Positions 22,664 to 31,334 of a stretch of DNA of 64,000 nucleotides are shown here, one piece after another. Within the stretch, counting starts at the first letter, position 1; each line of letters opens with the position of its first letter. The notes under the pieces are model-generated. The model saw nothing but the letters and a program-made list of their open reading frames with translations, made no database searches and was not told the origin of the DNA. Made by a program: the position numbers and the translations under genes. This DNA comes from Sandaracinaceae bacterium (GTDB lineage Bacteria > Myxococcota_A > Polyangia > Polyangiales > Sandaracinaceae), in contig JBGAQA010000027.1 of the NCBI GenBank assembly GCA_044220955.1, positions 1 through 64,000 on the forward strand. The letters are read 5' to 3'.

Positions 22664-23362
22664 ATGGGTGAAGCGAACAAGCCGTCGACGATGACGATGG
22701 GCGGTGGCGACGCCGGCTTCGTCACGACTCGCCTCGAGGATCTCGTCGCCTGGGCGCGCAAGTACTCCCTGTTCCAGTACCCGTTCGTCACGGCCTGCTG
22801 CGGCATGGAGTTCATGTCGCTCAACGGGCCGCGCTACGACGGCCTCGCGCGCTTCGGCGCGGAGGCGCCCCGCTTCTCGCCGCGCCAGGCCGACCTCCTC
22901 TGGGTCGTGGGCACCGTGTCGCAGCGCCAGGCGCCCGCGCTCAAGCGCATCTACGAGCAGATGGGCGACCCGAAGTACGTGCTCGCCTTCGGCACGTGCG
23001 CGAGCTGCGGCGGCTTCTACGACAACTACGCGACCATCCCCGGAATCGACAAGGTCATCCCGGTGGACGTCTACGTGCCCGGCTGTCCGCCGCGTCCGGA
23101 GGCCGTGATCGACGGGCTCAACCTCCTCATGGAGAAGATCGGCAACAACAACCGCGAGCCGCTGGTCGTGCCGCCGCGCGAGATCCCCGTGATGACGCAG
23201 CTGCGAAAGAAGGGCTCGCCCGTCTTCTTCGGGCAGGAGCGCATCCGAGAGCAGCGCGCGCAGCTCGGCGTCGGCCAGGTCACGCTCGACGATCTGCTCG
23301 GCACGGGCGAGCGCAAGGTGGAGACGACGGCCGTCCTCTCGGAGGGCGATCACGATGAGTAA
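22664..23362 (+). CDS. nuoB: NADH-quinone oxidoreductase subunit B
   Basis: TACCGMEF, SPRQAD and YVPGCPPRPE motifs. Confidence 0.96.
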   Translation: MGEANKPSTMTMGGGDAGFVTTRLEDLVAWARKYSLFQYPFVTACCGMEFMSLNGPRYDGLARFGAEAPRFSPRQADLLWVVGTVSQRQAPALKRIYEQMGDPKYVLAFGTCASCGGFYDNYATIPGIDKVIPVDVYVPGCPPRPEAVIDGLNLLMEKIGNNNREPLVVPPREIPVMTQLRKKGSPVFFGQERIREQRAQLGVGQVTLDDLLGTGERKVETTAVLSEGDHDE

Positions 23363-24023
23363 GGCAGTCGTCGCAAGGCTGAAGGCGCAGCTCGGCGCCA
23401 AGATCCTCGAGACCAGTGACTTCCGTGGCGACGAGACGGTCGTCGTCGGCAGGGGCGACTGGCAGGCGGTCGGGACCTTCCTGCGCGACGACGCCGAGAC
23501 GCAGATGGACATGCCGGTCGATCTCACCGCCGTGGACTACCCGGAGCGCGCGCAGCGCTTCGAGGTGATCCTGATGGTGCGCTCGCTGGCCAAGAAGCAC
23601 CGTGTCCGCGTCAAGACGCGCCTCGCCGACGGCGAGAAGCTCGGCACGCTGATCGGCGTGTGGGAGGGCGTGAACTGGCCCGAGCGCGAGGTGTACGACA
23701 TGTTCGGCATCTCGTTCGAGGGGCACCCCGACCTGCGCCGCATCCTGATGTACCCGGAGTTCGAGGGGCACCCGCTCCGCAAGGACTACGACATCGCGAG
23801 GACGCAGCCGCTCGTGACGTATCGCGACGTCGGCGAAGGGAAGTTCGCCCCCTTCGATCACCACGAGGGCCAGCCCTGGTCGCGCGTCGACTGGCAGGAG
23901 CGCGCGCACGGGCGCGACATCCAGGTCTCTCCCGCGATCGGCCTGCAGGAGAAGCAGCGTCCGACGCTCAGCAAGGGCCACGAGTACGTCGCCCCGGCGG
24001 TCTCGGCCGACCCGGAGGAGTAG
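23355..24023 (+). CDS. nuoC: NADH-quinone oxidoreductase subunit C
   Basis: WPEREVYDMFGISFEGHPDLRRILM..GHPLRKDY motif. Confidence 0.96.
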   Translation: MSKAVVARLKAQLGAKILETSDFRGDETVVVGRGDWQAVGTFLRDDAETQMDMPVDLTAVDYPERAQRFEVILMVRSLAKKHRVRVKTRLADGEKLGTLIGVWEGVNWPEREVYDMFGISFEGHPDLRRILMYPEFEGHPLRKDYDIARTQPLVTYRDVGEGKFAPFDHHEGQPWSRVDWQERAHGRDIQVSPAIGLQEKQRPTLSKGHEYVAPAVSADPEE

Positions 24024-24027
24024 CGCA

Positions 24028-25248
24028 ATGGAGCCGAACTACGAAGATCTCGCCGAAGAAGGCGGCGTGCTCGAGCTCCCGGCCGAGCCGATGCGCCTCA
24101 ACATGGGGCCGTCGCACCCGGCGATGCACGGCACCATCCGCATGGTGCTCGAGCTCGACGGCGAGACCGTCGAGGAAGTGGACGTGCAGCCGGGCTACCT
24201 CCACCGCGGCTTCGAGAAGAGCTGCGAGCGCGGCACCTGGACGCAGGTGTACCCCTACGTGGATCGCCTCAACTACGTCTCGCCGATGCTCAACAACGTC
24301 GGCTTCTCGCTCGCGGTCGAGAAGCTCTGCGACATCAAGGTGCCCGAGCGCTGCCAGTGGTACCGCATGATCCTCGGCGAGCTCGCGCGGATCAGCGACC
24401 ACCTCACGTGCAACAGCGCCGGCGCGATGGAGCTGGGCGCGTTCACCCCCTTCCTCTGGTGCGTGAAGGTCCGCGACTGGGTCTGGGACATCCTCGAGCA
24501 GGAGACGGGCGCGCGCCTGACGCACTCGTTCGGTCGCATCGGCGGGATGGCCAAGCCCCCGACCCCATACCTGAAGGACTCGGTCCGCGCGATCATCCCG
24601 CAGGTGCACGAGGTGCTCGCGGAGACCGAGTCGCTGCTCCTCAAGAACCGCATCTTCCTCGACCGCATGCAGGGCATCGGCAAGCTGAGCCGGGAGCGCG
24701 CGCTGGCCCTCGGCGTCACCGGCCCCGTGCTGCGCTCGACGGGCGTCGACTACGACGTCCGCAAGGCGACTCCGTATCTCCTCTACGACAAGGTCGATTT
24801 CGACATCCCGATCGGCCACGACGGCGACAACTACGATCGCTTCATGGTGCGCTTCGAGGAGATCCGGCAGTCGCTGCGCATCCTCGAGCAGTGCATCGAC
24901 AAGATGGCCGACGAGGGCTCGGTCAACGTCGACGACCCGCGCGTCGTCCTCCCCGAGAAGGCCGCCGTGTACTCGACCATCGAGGGCACGATCGCGCACT
25001 TCAAGCTGGTGATGGAGGGCTTCAAGCCCCCGGCGGGCGAGGTCTACGCGTACACCGAGGGCGGCAACGGCGAGCTCGGCTTCTTCATCGTGAGCGACGG
25101 CAGCGGCACGCCTTACCGCGTGCGCGCGCGGCCGCCGTGCTTCTACAACCTCCAGGCCACGCGGGAGATGATCTGCGGCGAGATGATCGCCGACATCGTC
25201 CCCACGTTCGGGTCGATCAACATGATCGGCGGCGAGTGCGACAGGTAG
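24028..25248 (+). CDS. nuoD: NADH-quinone oxidoreductase subunit D
   Basis: NMGPSHPAMHG, GYLHRGFEK and DRLNY motifs; C-terminal GECDR. Confidence 0.97.
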   Translation: MEPNYEDLAEEGGVLELPAEPMRLNMGPSHPAMHGTIRMVLELDGETVEEVDVQPGYLHRGFEKSCERGTWTQVYPYVDRLNYVSPMLNNVGFSLAVEKLCDIKVPERCQWYRMILGELARISDHLTCNSAGAMELGAFTPFLWCVKVRDWVWDILEQETGARLTHSFGRIGGMAKPPTPYLKDSVRAIIPQVHEVLAETESLLLKNRIFLDRMQGIGKLSRERALALGVTGPVLRSTGVDYDVRKATPYLLYDKVDFDIPIGHDGDNYDRFMVRFEEIRQSLRILEQCIDKMADEGSVNVDDPRVVLPEKAAVYSTIEGTIAHFKLVMEGFKPPAGEVYAYTEGGNGELGFFIVSDGSGTPYRVRARPPCFYNLQATREMICGEMIADIVPTFGSINMIGGECDR

Positions 25249-25252
25249 TCTG

Positions 25253-26839
25253 ATGCCCAACTTCAAGCTGGATGGCAAAGAGCTTCCCTACGAGCCGGGC
25301 GACACGATCATCCGCGCCGCGTGGCGCGCGGGGATCGAGATCCCGCACTACTGCTGGCACCCGGGGCTGAGCATCGCGGCGAACTGCCGCATGTGCCTCG
25401 TCGAGATCAAGAGCGCGCGCCCGATGGCGCTGCCGATCCTCGCCTGGGACGACAAGAAGAAAGAGTACGTCGAGGCAACGAAGAACAAGCTCCAGCCTGC
25501 CTGCCAGCAGGAGATCACCGAGAACATGGAGGTCATCAGCAAGGGCCCGGCCGTCGAGAAGGCGCAGGGCGCCGTGCAGGAGTTCCTGCTCCTGAACCAC
25601 CCGGTCGACTGCCCGATCTGCGACCAGGCGGGCGAGTGCAAGCTCCAGGACTACTGGCTCGAGCACCAGAAGAAGCTCAAGCGCAAGACGGACGAGCCCG
25701 TGCACAAGCCCAAGGGCGTGCGCTTCGGCCCGACCATCGTCTACGACGCCGAGCGCTGCGTCATGTGCACGCGCTGCGTGCGCTTCTGCGACGAGGTCGT
25801 GGGCGACCACGTGCTCGACATGCGCGAGCGCGGCAACCGCAACGAGATCTGCCTCTCGCCGGGGCGCGAGCTCGACCACGCGTACACGCTGATGACCGAG
25901 CACGTCTGTCCGGTCGGTGCGCTCACGAGCCGCGACTTCCGGTTCAAGGCGCGCGTGTGGTTCCTGCGCAGCGCGGCCGGCGTGTGCACGGGCTGCGCGA
26001 CGGGCTGCAACAGCTGGGTCGACTACGACCCGCGCCAGGACCGGGTCTACCGTCTGCGTCCGCGCGACAACGCGAACGTGAACGAGTTCTGGATGTGCGA
26101 CGACGGCATGATGACCTACAAGCGCTTCCACGAGGATCGCATCCTCACGGGGCGCGTCCGCGAGGGCGACAAGGTCGTCGAGGTCACGCGCGAAGAGGCC
26201 ATCGCCGCGGCCGGCAAGGCCATCTGGGGGAAGCTCAAGCTCGCGATCGTGCTCAGCGCCCAGCACGGCAACGAGGACAACTTCGTGCTGTCTCGCCTCG
26301 GCGGCTCGCTCGGCGCCTCGCGCGTGTTCCTCGCCGCCAAGAGCGCGGCGGGCTGGAAGGCCGACGCGATCCTGCGTGACGCCGACCCGAACCCGAATCG
26401 CCAGGGCGCGCTCGCCGTGGCCGGCGGCTCGGCGCAGAGCACCGCCGCGCTGGTCGCGGCCGTGAAGGCGGGCGACGTGGACGCGATCCTCTCGCTCGGC
26501 TGGGCGGCCGAGGAGAGCGCGGCCGAGCTCGCGGCGCTCACGGGCGTGCCGCACGTGAACCTGAGCACGAACATCGGCCCGCTCACGCAGTCGGCGACGA
26601 TCGTCGTCCCGGTCGCCACGGTGGCGGAGGCGAGCGGCACCTTCGTCAACGGCAAGGGCGTCGCGCAGCCTTACGCCAGGGCCGTGAGGGCGCCGCTCGG
26701 GATCAAGTCCGCGTGGGAGACGCTCGCCGAGATCGCCGAGAAGGCGGGGACCGAGATCACCTGGAAGAAGCTGCCCGAGGTGCGCGCCGCCATGCCGTCG
26801 TTGCCGACGGCGGCGCCGGCGAACGGGGCGGGGGCCTGA
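25253..26839 (+). CDS. nuoG: NADH-quinone oxidoreductase subunit G (short form)
   Basis: IPHYCWHP..ANCRMCLV, HPVDCPICDQAGEC, CVMCTRC..CPVGAL and CTGCATGC..C Fe-S motifs. Confidence 0.9.
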   Translation: MPNFKLDGKELPYEPGDTIIRAAWRAGIEIPHYCWHPGLSIAANCRMCLVEIKSARPMALPILAWDDKKKEYVEATKNKLQPACQQEITENMEVISKGPAVEKAQGAVQEFLLLNHPVDCPICDQAGECKLQDYWLEHQKKLKRKTDEPVHKPKGVRFGPTIVYDAERCVMCTRCVRFCDEVVGDHVLDMRERGNRNEICLSPGRELDHAYTLMTEHVCPVGALTSRDFRFKARVWFLRSAAGVCTGCATGCNSWVDYDPRQDRVYRLRPRDNANVNEFWMCDDGMMTYKRFHEDRILTGRVREGDKVVEVTREEAIAAAGKAIWGKLKLAIVLSAQHGNEDNFVLSRLGGSLGASRVFLAAKSAAGWKADAILRDADPNPNRQGALAVAGGSAQSTAALVAAVKAGDVDAILSLGWAAEESAAELAALTGVPHVNLSTNIGPLTQSATIVVPVATVAEASGTFVNGKGVAQPYARAVRAPLGIKSAWETLAEIAEKAGTEITWKKLPEVRAAMPSLPTAAPANGAGA

Positions 26840-26840
26840 G

Positions 26841-28280
26841 ATGGAGCACGCTCTCGACGCCTCGACGGCAGAGTCCCTCGGCCTTGGCTGGATGCTCCTC
26901 GCGTCCGTCCTGAAGATCGCGTTCATCCTGAGCGTGTCGCTCCTCTTCTTCGCTCCGGTGTTCGTGCTCTTCGAGCGTCGCCAGAGCGCGATGGTGCAGG
27001 ACCGTGTCGGGCCGATGCAGGGCGGCATCAAGCTGCCGCGCATCGTCATCGACAACATCCAGAACCTCCAGCTCGGCGCCCTGCTCGTCGCGGTCGTCTG
27101 CTCGATCATGACGGTCGTGTGCCTGGTCCAGCTCGCGCTGGGGAACGGCGAGTCGGCGATCTTCACCGAGCCGCTCTTCGGCATCGCCCACACGTGGAAC
27201 GGTCTCTTGTTCCTCTTCGCGATGCTCGCGCCGGTGCACTTCGTGGCGTGGTTCGTCCTGCCGGAGCTCTTCACGCACGATCGGCTCACGATCTTCGGCG
27301 GGCTGCATGCGCTCTTCGACGCCGTGAAGTCGTTCACCAAGCGCGACTTCGTCCCGCCGCACGGCGACAAGCTCCTCTTCGCGCTCGCACCCATGATCGC
27401 GATGTTCCCGGCGTTCGCCCTCGGCGCGGTGCTGCCGTTCGGGCCGACGCTCTATCCCGGTCATCTGCTCGAGCAGGCCCCGCCGGGCGGCTTCGGCGAC
27501 GGCACCGCGATCCCGCTCCAGGTCGCCTCGCTCAACGTCGGCATCCTCTACATGTTCGCGCTCGGCGGCACCGGGATCATCGGCGCCGCGCTCGCCGGCT
27601 ACGCCAGCGACAACAAGTTCGCGCTCCTCGGCGGCCTGCGCGCCGCCAGCCAGATGGTCAGCTACGAGGTCACGCTCGGTCTCGCGCTGGTCGGCTGCTT
27701 CATGGTCTACGACTCGCTGCGCCTCGAGGACATGGTGCAGTGGCAGGCCGACCACGTCTGGGGCGTGCTCGTGCAGCCGCTGGGGTTCGTCCTCTTCCTC
27801 ACCGCGTCCATCGCCGAGTACAAGCGCGTGCCGTTCGACGCGCCCGAGGGCGAGAGCGAGATCGTGGCCGGCTACTTCCTCGAGTACGCCTCGGGCAAGT
27901 GGCTGATGTACATGATCGGCGAGTTCCTCGAGGTCGCGACGAGCTCGATGCTCATCGCCGCGCTCTTCTTCGGCGGCTGGGACGTGCCCTTCCTGCAGGA
28001 CGGCGGCTGGGAGGCGTTCGGCCACCGCTTCGACCTGCTCGGGACGAACTTCGCGATCCTGAGCGAGGTGCTCAACTCGCACCTCGTCGTGACGGCGATC
28101 CGGGTCGGGGCGTTCGTCGGCAAGGCCTTCCTGCTCGGCGTGCTCAGCATCCAGATCCGCTGGACCTTGCCCCGCTTCCGCTACGACCAGATCATGAGCC
28201 TCTGCTGGAAGCTGATCCTGCCGCTCTCGCTCGTGAACGTGCTCGTGACCGGCATCTTCATCCTCGCTTTCCAGGACTGA
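26841..28280 (+). CDS. nuoH: NADH-quinone oxidoreductase subunit H (elongated)
   Basis: ERRQSAMVQDRVGP, LRAASQMVSYE, PFDAPEGESEIVAG and RWTLPRFRYDQ motifs. Confidence 0.95.
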   Translation: MEHALDASTAESLGLGWMLLASVLKIAFILSVSLLFFAPVFVLFERRQSAMVQDRVGPMQGGIKLPRIVIDNIQNLQLGALLVAVVCSIMTVVCLVQLALGNGESAIFTEPLFGIAHTWNGLLFLFAMLAPVHFVAWFVLPELFTHDRLTIFGGLHALFDAVKSFTKRDFVPPHGDKLLFALAPMIAMFPAFALGAVLPFGPTLYPGHLLEQAPPGGFGDGTAIPLQVASLNVGILYMFALGGTGIIGAALAGYASDNKFALLGGLRAASQMVSYEVTLGLALVGCFMVYDSLRLEDMVQWQADHVWGVLVQPLGFVLFLTASIAEYKRVPFDAPEGESEIVAGYFLEYASGKWLMYMIGEFLEVATSSMLIAALFFGGWDVPFLQDGGWEAFGHRFDLLGTNFAILSEVLNSHLVVTAIRVGAFVGKAFLLGVLSIQIRWTLPRFRYDQIMSLCWKLILPLSLVNVLVTGIFILAFQD

Positions 28281-28293
28281 GCGGAGTCGCACC

Positions 28294-28881
28294 ATGGCGT
28301 ACAAGATCCACAAGCCTGCGCGCACCGTCGGTGATCAGGTCTACGTCGTCGAGGCCGCCAAGGGGCTCGGCGTGACGTTCTCGCGCCTCTTCACGAACCT
28401 GTTCTCGGCCGAGGAGAACAAGAAGATCGCGACGATTCGCTACCCCGACGAGACGCGCGACTACCCGGAGCGCTTCCGCGGCGTGCATCGCCTCACGCAC
28501 CGCACCGACGGCAGCCCTCGCTGCGTCGCGTGCCTCTGCTGCAGCACCGCGTGCCCGGCGCAGTGCATCCACATCGAGCCCGCCGAGTACGAGCCGGGGG
28601 ACGCGCGCTACGGCTACGAGCGCTTCCCGAAGGCCTTCGTCATCGACGAGCTGCGCTGCATCTTCTGCGGCTTCTGCGTCGAGGCGTGCCCCTGCGATGC
28701 CATCCGCATGGACACGGGCACGCACGTGCCGGGCTCGACGAGCCGGCAGGACTTCTTGTTCGACAAGGAGACCCTGATGAGCATCCCCGGCCGCGACGGC
28801 ACGTACGTCACGGCGAACCCGCGCCACGAGCCGGGCGATCCGGGGCACCCGGGGATCGACCGCGAGCACGGCGGGCATTGA
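28294..28881 (+). CDS. nuoI: NADH-quinone oxidoreductase subunit I
   Basis: Two 4Fe-4S motifs (CVACLCCSTACP, CIFCGFCVEACP); RFRG.H. Confidence 0.95.
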   Translation: MAYKIHKPARTVGDQVYVVEAAKGLGVTFSRLFTNLFSAEENKKIATIRYPDETRDYPERFRGVHRLTHRTDGSPRCVACLCCSTACPAQCIHIEPAEYEPGDARYGYERFPKAFVIDELRCIFCGFCVEACPCDAIRMDTGTHVPGSTSRQDFLFDKETLMSIPGRDGTYVTANPRHEPGDPGHPGIDREHGGH

Positions 28882-28926
28882 CCTGACCCGACGCGGGTCA
28901 TACGGTTTGCAGCAGAACGTATGACC
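28878..28926 (+). promoter_or_regulatory. sigma70 promoter and inverted-repeat operator of the vapBC module
   Basis: TTGACC(28878)-N17-TACGGT(28901); inverted repeat GGTCATACG(28896-28904)/CGTATGACC(28918-28926); second inverted repeat TGACCCG-ACG-CGGGTCA(28884-28900). Confidence 0.72.
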
Positions 28927-29157
28927 GCCCGGACCATCAAGCTCGACCCCGCCCTCGACCGCGACATCGACGCGCTCGCCAAGAGCCGGAACGTCTCGCG
29001 CTCCGTGATCGTACGCGAGGCGCTCGCCGAGTACGTGCGGCGCGAGGGGAAGCCCCGCTCGTTCATCGACGCGGCGGGCGACCTCATCGGAAGCATCGGG
29101 GGCGGTCCTCGGGATCTCTCGACGAACCGCAAGCACATGCGCGGCTACGGCGAGTGA
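28921..29157 (+). CDS. vapB: CopG/ribbon-helix-helix antitoxin
   Basis: RTIKLD..DALAK..SRSVIVREALAEY RHH pattern; C-terminal GSIGGGPRDLSTN. Confidence 0.85.
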   Translation: MTARTIKLDPALDRDIDALAKSRNVSRSVIVREALAEYVRREGKPRSFIDAAGDLIGSIGGGPRDLSTNRKHMRGYGE

Positions 29158-29163
29158 TCGCGC

Positions 29164-29583
29164 GTGGGACTGATCATCGACACCGGGCCGCTGGTCGCTG
29201 CTCTGCGCGCGCGCGATGAACACCACGCTTGGGCCGTTCGCGCCCTCAGCATGGTGCGGCCACCGCTCGCGACGTGCGACGCCGTCGTCTCCGAGGCTTG
29301 TTTCCTCCTCGAGCGCGCCGGGCGCAACGACTCCTCGGCGCTCCTCTCGCTCGTCCTCGACGGCCTGATCATCCCGACGTTCCGTTTCGCAGACGAGGTC
29401 CGAGCCGTGGACGCCCTCATGCGGCGATATGCCAGCGTACCGATGTCGTTCGCGGACGCATGTCTCGTGCGGATGGCCGAGCTCGATCGGGATCCCACGG
29501 TGGTCACGCTCGACGAGGACTTCCGTGTCTATCGCCGCAACGGACGCGGTCCGATCCGCGTGATCGCACCCTGGAGCGCGTGA
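29164..29583 (+). CDS. vapC: PIN-domain toxin
   Basis: IIDTGPLVA, VVSEACFLL, MSFADACLV and TLDEDFRVYR acidic catalytic residues. Confidence 0.92.
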   Translation: MGLIIDTGPLVAALRARDEHHAWAVRALSMVRPPLATCDAVVSEACFLLERAGRNDSSALLSLVLDGLIIPTFRFADEVRAVDALMRRYASVPMSFADACLVRMAELDRDPTVVTLDEDFRVYRRNGRGPIRVIAPWSA

Positions 29584-29585
29584 GC

Positions 29586-29978
29586 ATGGCCTGGGTCAAG
29601 GTTCCGCGGGAGCATCACCCGATCTTCCGCGCCGCGCTGCCGAAGGATCCGCGCATCGAGACGCTCGCCATGTTCGGCGGCGTCGCGGCGAAGGTGAACG
29701 GCAACTTCTTCGCCGGCCTCTTCGGGCGCTCGGTGATGCTCGACCTGCCCGAGAAGGATCGCGCCGAGGCGCTCGCGCTCGAGGGCGCCGGCCCCTTCGA
29801 CCCGATGGGCGACGGACGCGCGAAGAGCGACAAGGTGATGCTCCCCGAGGCCTTCATGGAGGAGCCTGCCGAGCTGCGCGCGTGGCTGAAGCGCGCCTTC
29901 GACGCCGCGGCGAGGTTGCCGCCGAAGCTGCCGAAGAAGGCAGCGGCGAAGAAGACGCCAGCGGCGAAGAAGAAGTAG
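29586..29978 (+). CDS. TfoX/Sxy N-terminal domain protein
   Basis: MFGG...VNGNFFAGL, PFDPMG and WLKRAFDAAARLPPK motifs; Lys-rich tail. Confidence 0.8.
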   Translation: MAWVKVPREHHPIFRAALPKDPRIETLAMFGGVAAKVNGNFFAGLFGRSVMLDLPEKDRAEALALEGAGPFDPMGDGRAKSDKVMLPEAFMEEPAELRAWLKRAFDAAARLPPKLPKKAAAKKTPAAKKK

Positions 29979-30007
29979 CCGCTGACTCGTAGTACCGTGC
30001 GCCCGCC

Positions 30008-31213
30008 ATGAGCGACGAGAAGGACGACCAGTTCGCGGGGCAGACCTCCGCCACGCGCGCCGTGCACGGCGGCGAGGCGCGCGATCGTGACCACGCGGGG
30101 CACCCGCTGGCCGAGCCGATCATCCAGACCGCCACGTACACGTTCGAGACCACCGCGGCGCTGGTGGCGCTGATGGAGGGCAAGACCGAGCGCGAGGAGT
30201 ACGGGCGCTACGGCAATCCGACCGTCCGCACGCTCGAGAAGAAGATCGCCTCGCTCGAGCAGACGCCCGACGCGATCGCGTTCGCGAGCGGCATGGCGGC
30301 GGTGACGACGTCGATCCTCGCGCTCACCAAGAGCGGCTCGCACGTGGTCCTGTTCTCGGACTGCTACCGCCGCACGCGGCAGTTCGTGAGCAAGGTGCTC
30401 GATCGCTTCGGCGTCACCTCGACGCTGGTGCCGCCCGCCGACCTCGACGCGCTCGAGAAGGCGATCCGCAAGGAGACGCGGCTCATCGTCAGCGAGGCGC
30501 CGACGAACCCGTACCAGAACATCGTCGATCTCGAGCGCCTCTCGAGGATCGCGAAGGCCGCGCGCATCAAGACCCTGATCGACGCGACCTTCGCGACGCC
30601 GGTCAACCTGCGCCCCGCGGAGCACGGCATCGACCTCGTCGTGCACAGCGGGACGAAGTACCTCTCCGGGCACAACGACGTGCTCGCGGGGTTCGTCGCC
30701 GGGCCGGAGAACCTCGTCGCGCTCGTGCGCGATCTACGGCACGTGCTCGGCGGCGTGCTCGACCCGCACGCGGCGTACCTCGTGCTCCGCGGCATCAAGA
30801 CGCTCGACGTGCGCGTGCAGCGGCAGAACGCCACCGCGCTCGCCCTCGCGCGCACGCTCGAGGGGCACCCGCAGATCCGCAAGGTCTGGTACCCGGGGCT
30901 GCCCTCGCACCCGCACCACGAGGTCGCGCGCCGGCTCATGACCGGCTTCGGCGGCGTCGTCACCTTCGCCGTGTCGGGCGACCTCGCGCGGGGCTCGCGC
31001 TTCGTCGACGCGCTGCGCATCCCGCGGATCGCCCCGAGCCTCGGCGGCGTCGAGTCGCTCGTCGAGCAGCCGGCGCTGATGAGCTACTTCGAGCTCTCGA
31101 CCGAGGAGCGGGAGGCCATCGGCATGACCGACGACCTCGTCCGCTACGCGGTCGGGCTCGAGGACGCCGACGAGCTCATCGCGGACGTGCTCCGGGCCCT
31201 CGAAACCGGCTGA
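30008..31213 (+). CDS. metB: Cystathionine gamma-synthase-like PLP enzyme (Cys/Met metabolism family)
   Basis: YGRYGNPT, FASGMAA, DATFATP, HSGTKYLSGHND (PLP Lys) and SLGGVESL motifs. Exact specificity not provable from sequence. Confidence 0.82.
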   Translation: MSDEKDDQFAGQTSATRAVHGGEARDRDHAGHPLAEPIIQTATYTFETTAALVALMEGKTEREEYGRYGNPTVRTLEKKIASLEQTPDAIAFASGMAAVTTSILALTKSGSHVVLFSDCYRRTRQFVSKVLDRFGVTSTLVPPADLDALEKAIRKETRLIVSEAPTNPYQNIVDLERLSRIAKAARIKTLIDATFATPVNLRPAEHGIDLVVHSGTKYLSGHNDVLAGFVAGPENLVALVRDLRHVLGGVLDPHAAYLVLRGIKTLDVRVQRQNATALALARTLEGHPQIRKVWYPGLPSHPHHEVARRLMTGFGGVVTFAVSGDLARGSRFVDALRIPRIAPSLGGVESLVEQPALMSYFELSTEEREAIGMTDDLVRYAVGLEDADELIADVLRALETG

Positions 31214-31334
31214 TCCCCGAGGTGCCGGCATCTTCGTCCGGCGGGACGATCCGGGCCTGGATCCTGCGTTTTGCCGCGTCTATGCTGCGCCGCCCGATCC
31301 CGGGCCGGCCGCACGCCAGGCAGCGACGTACCAG

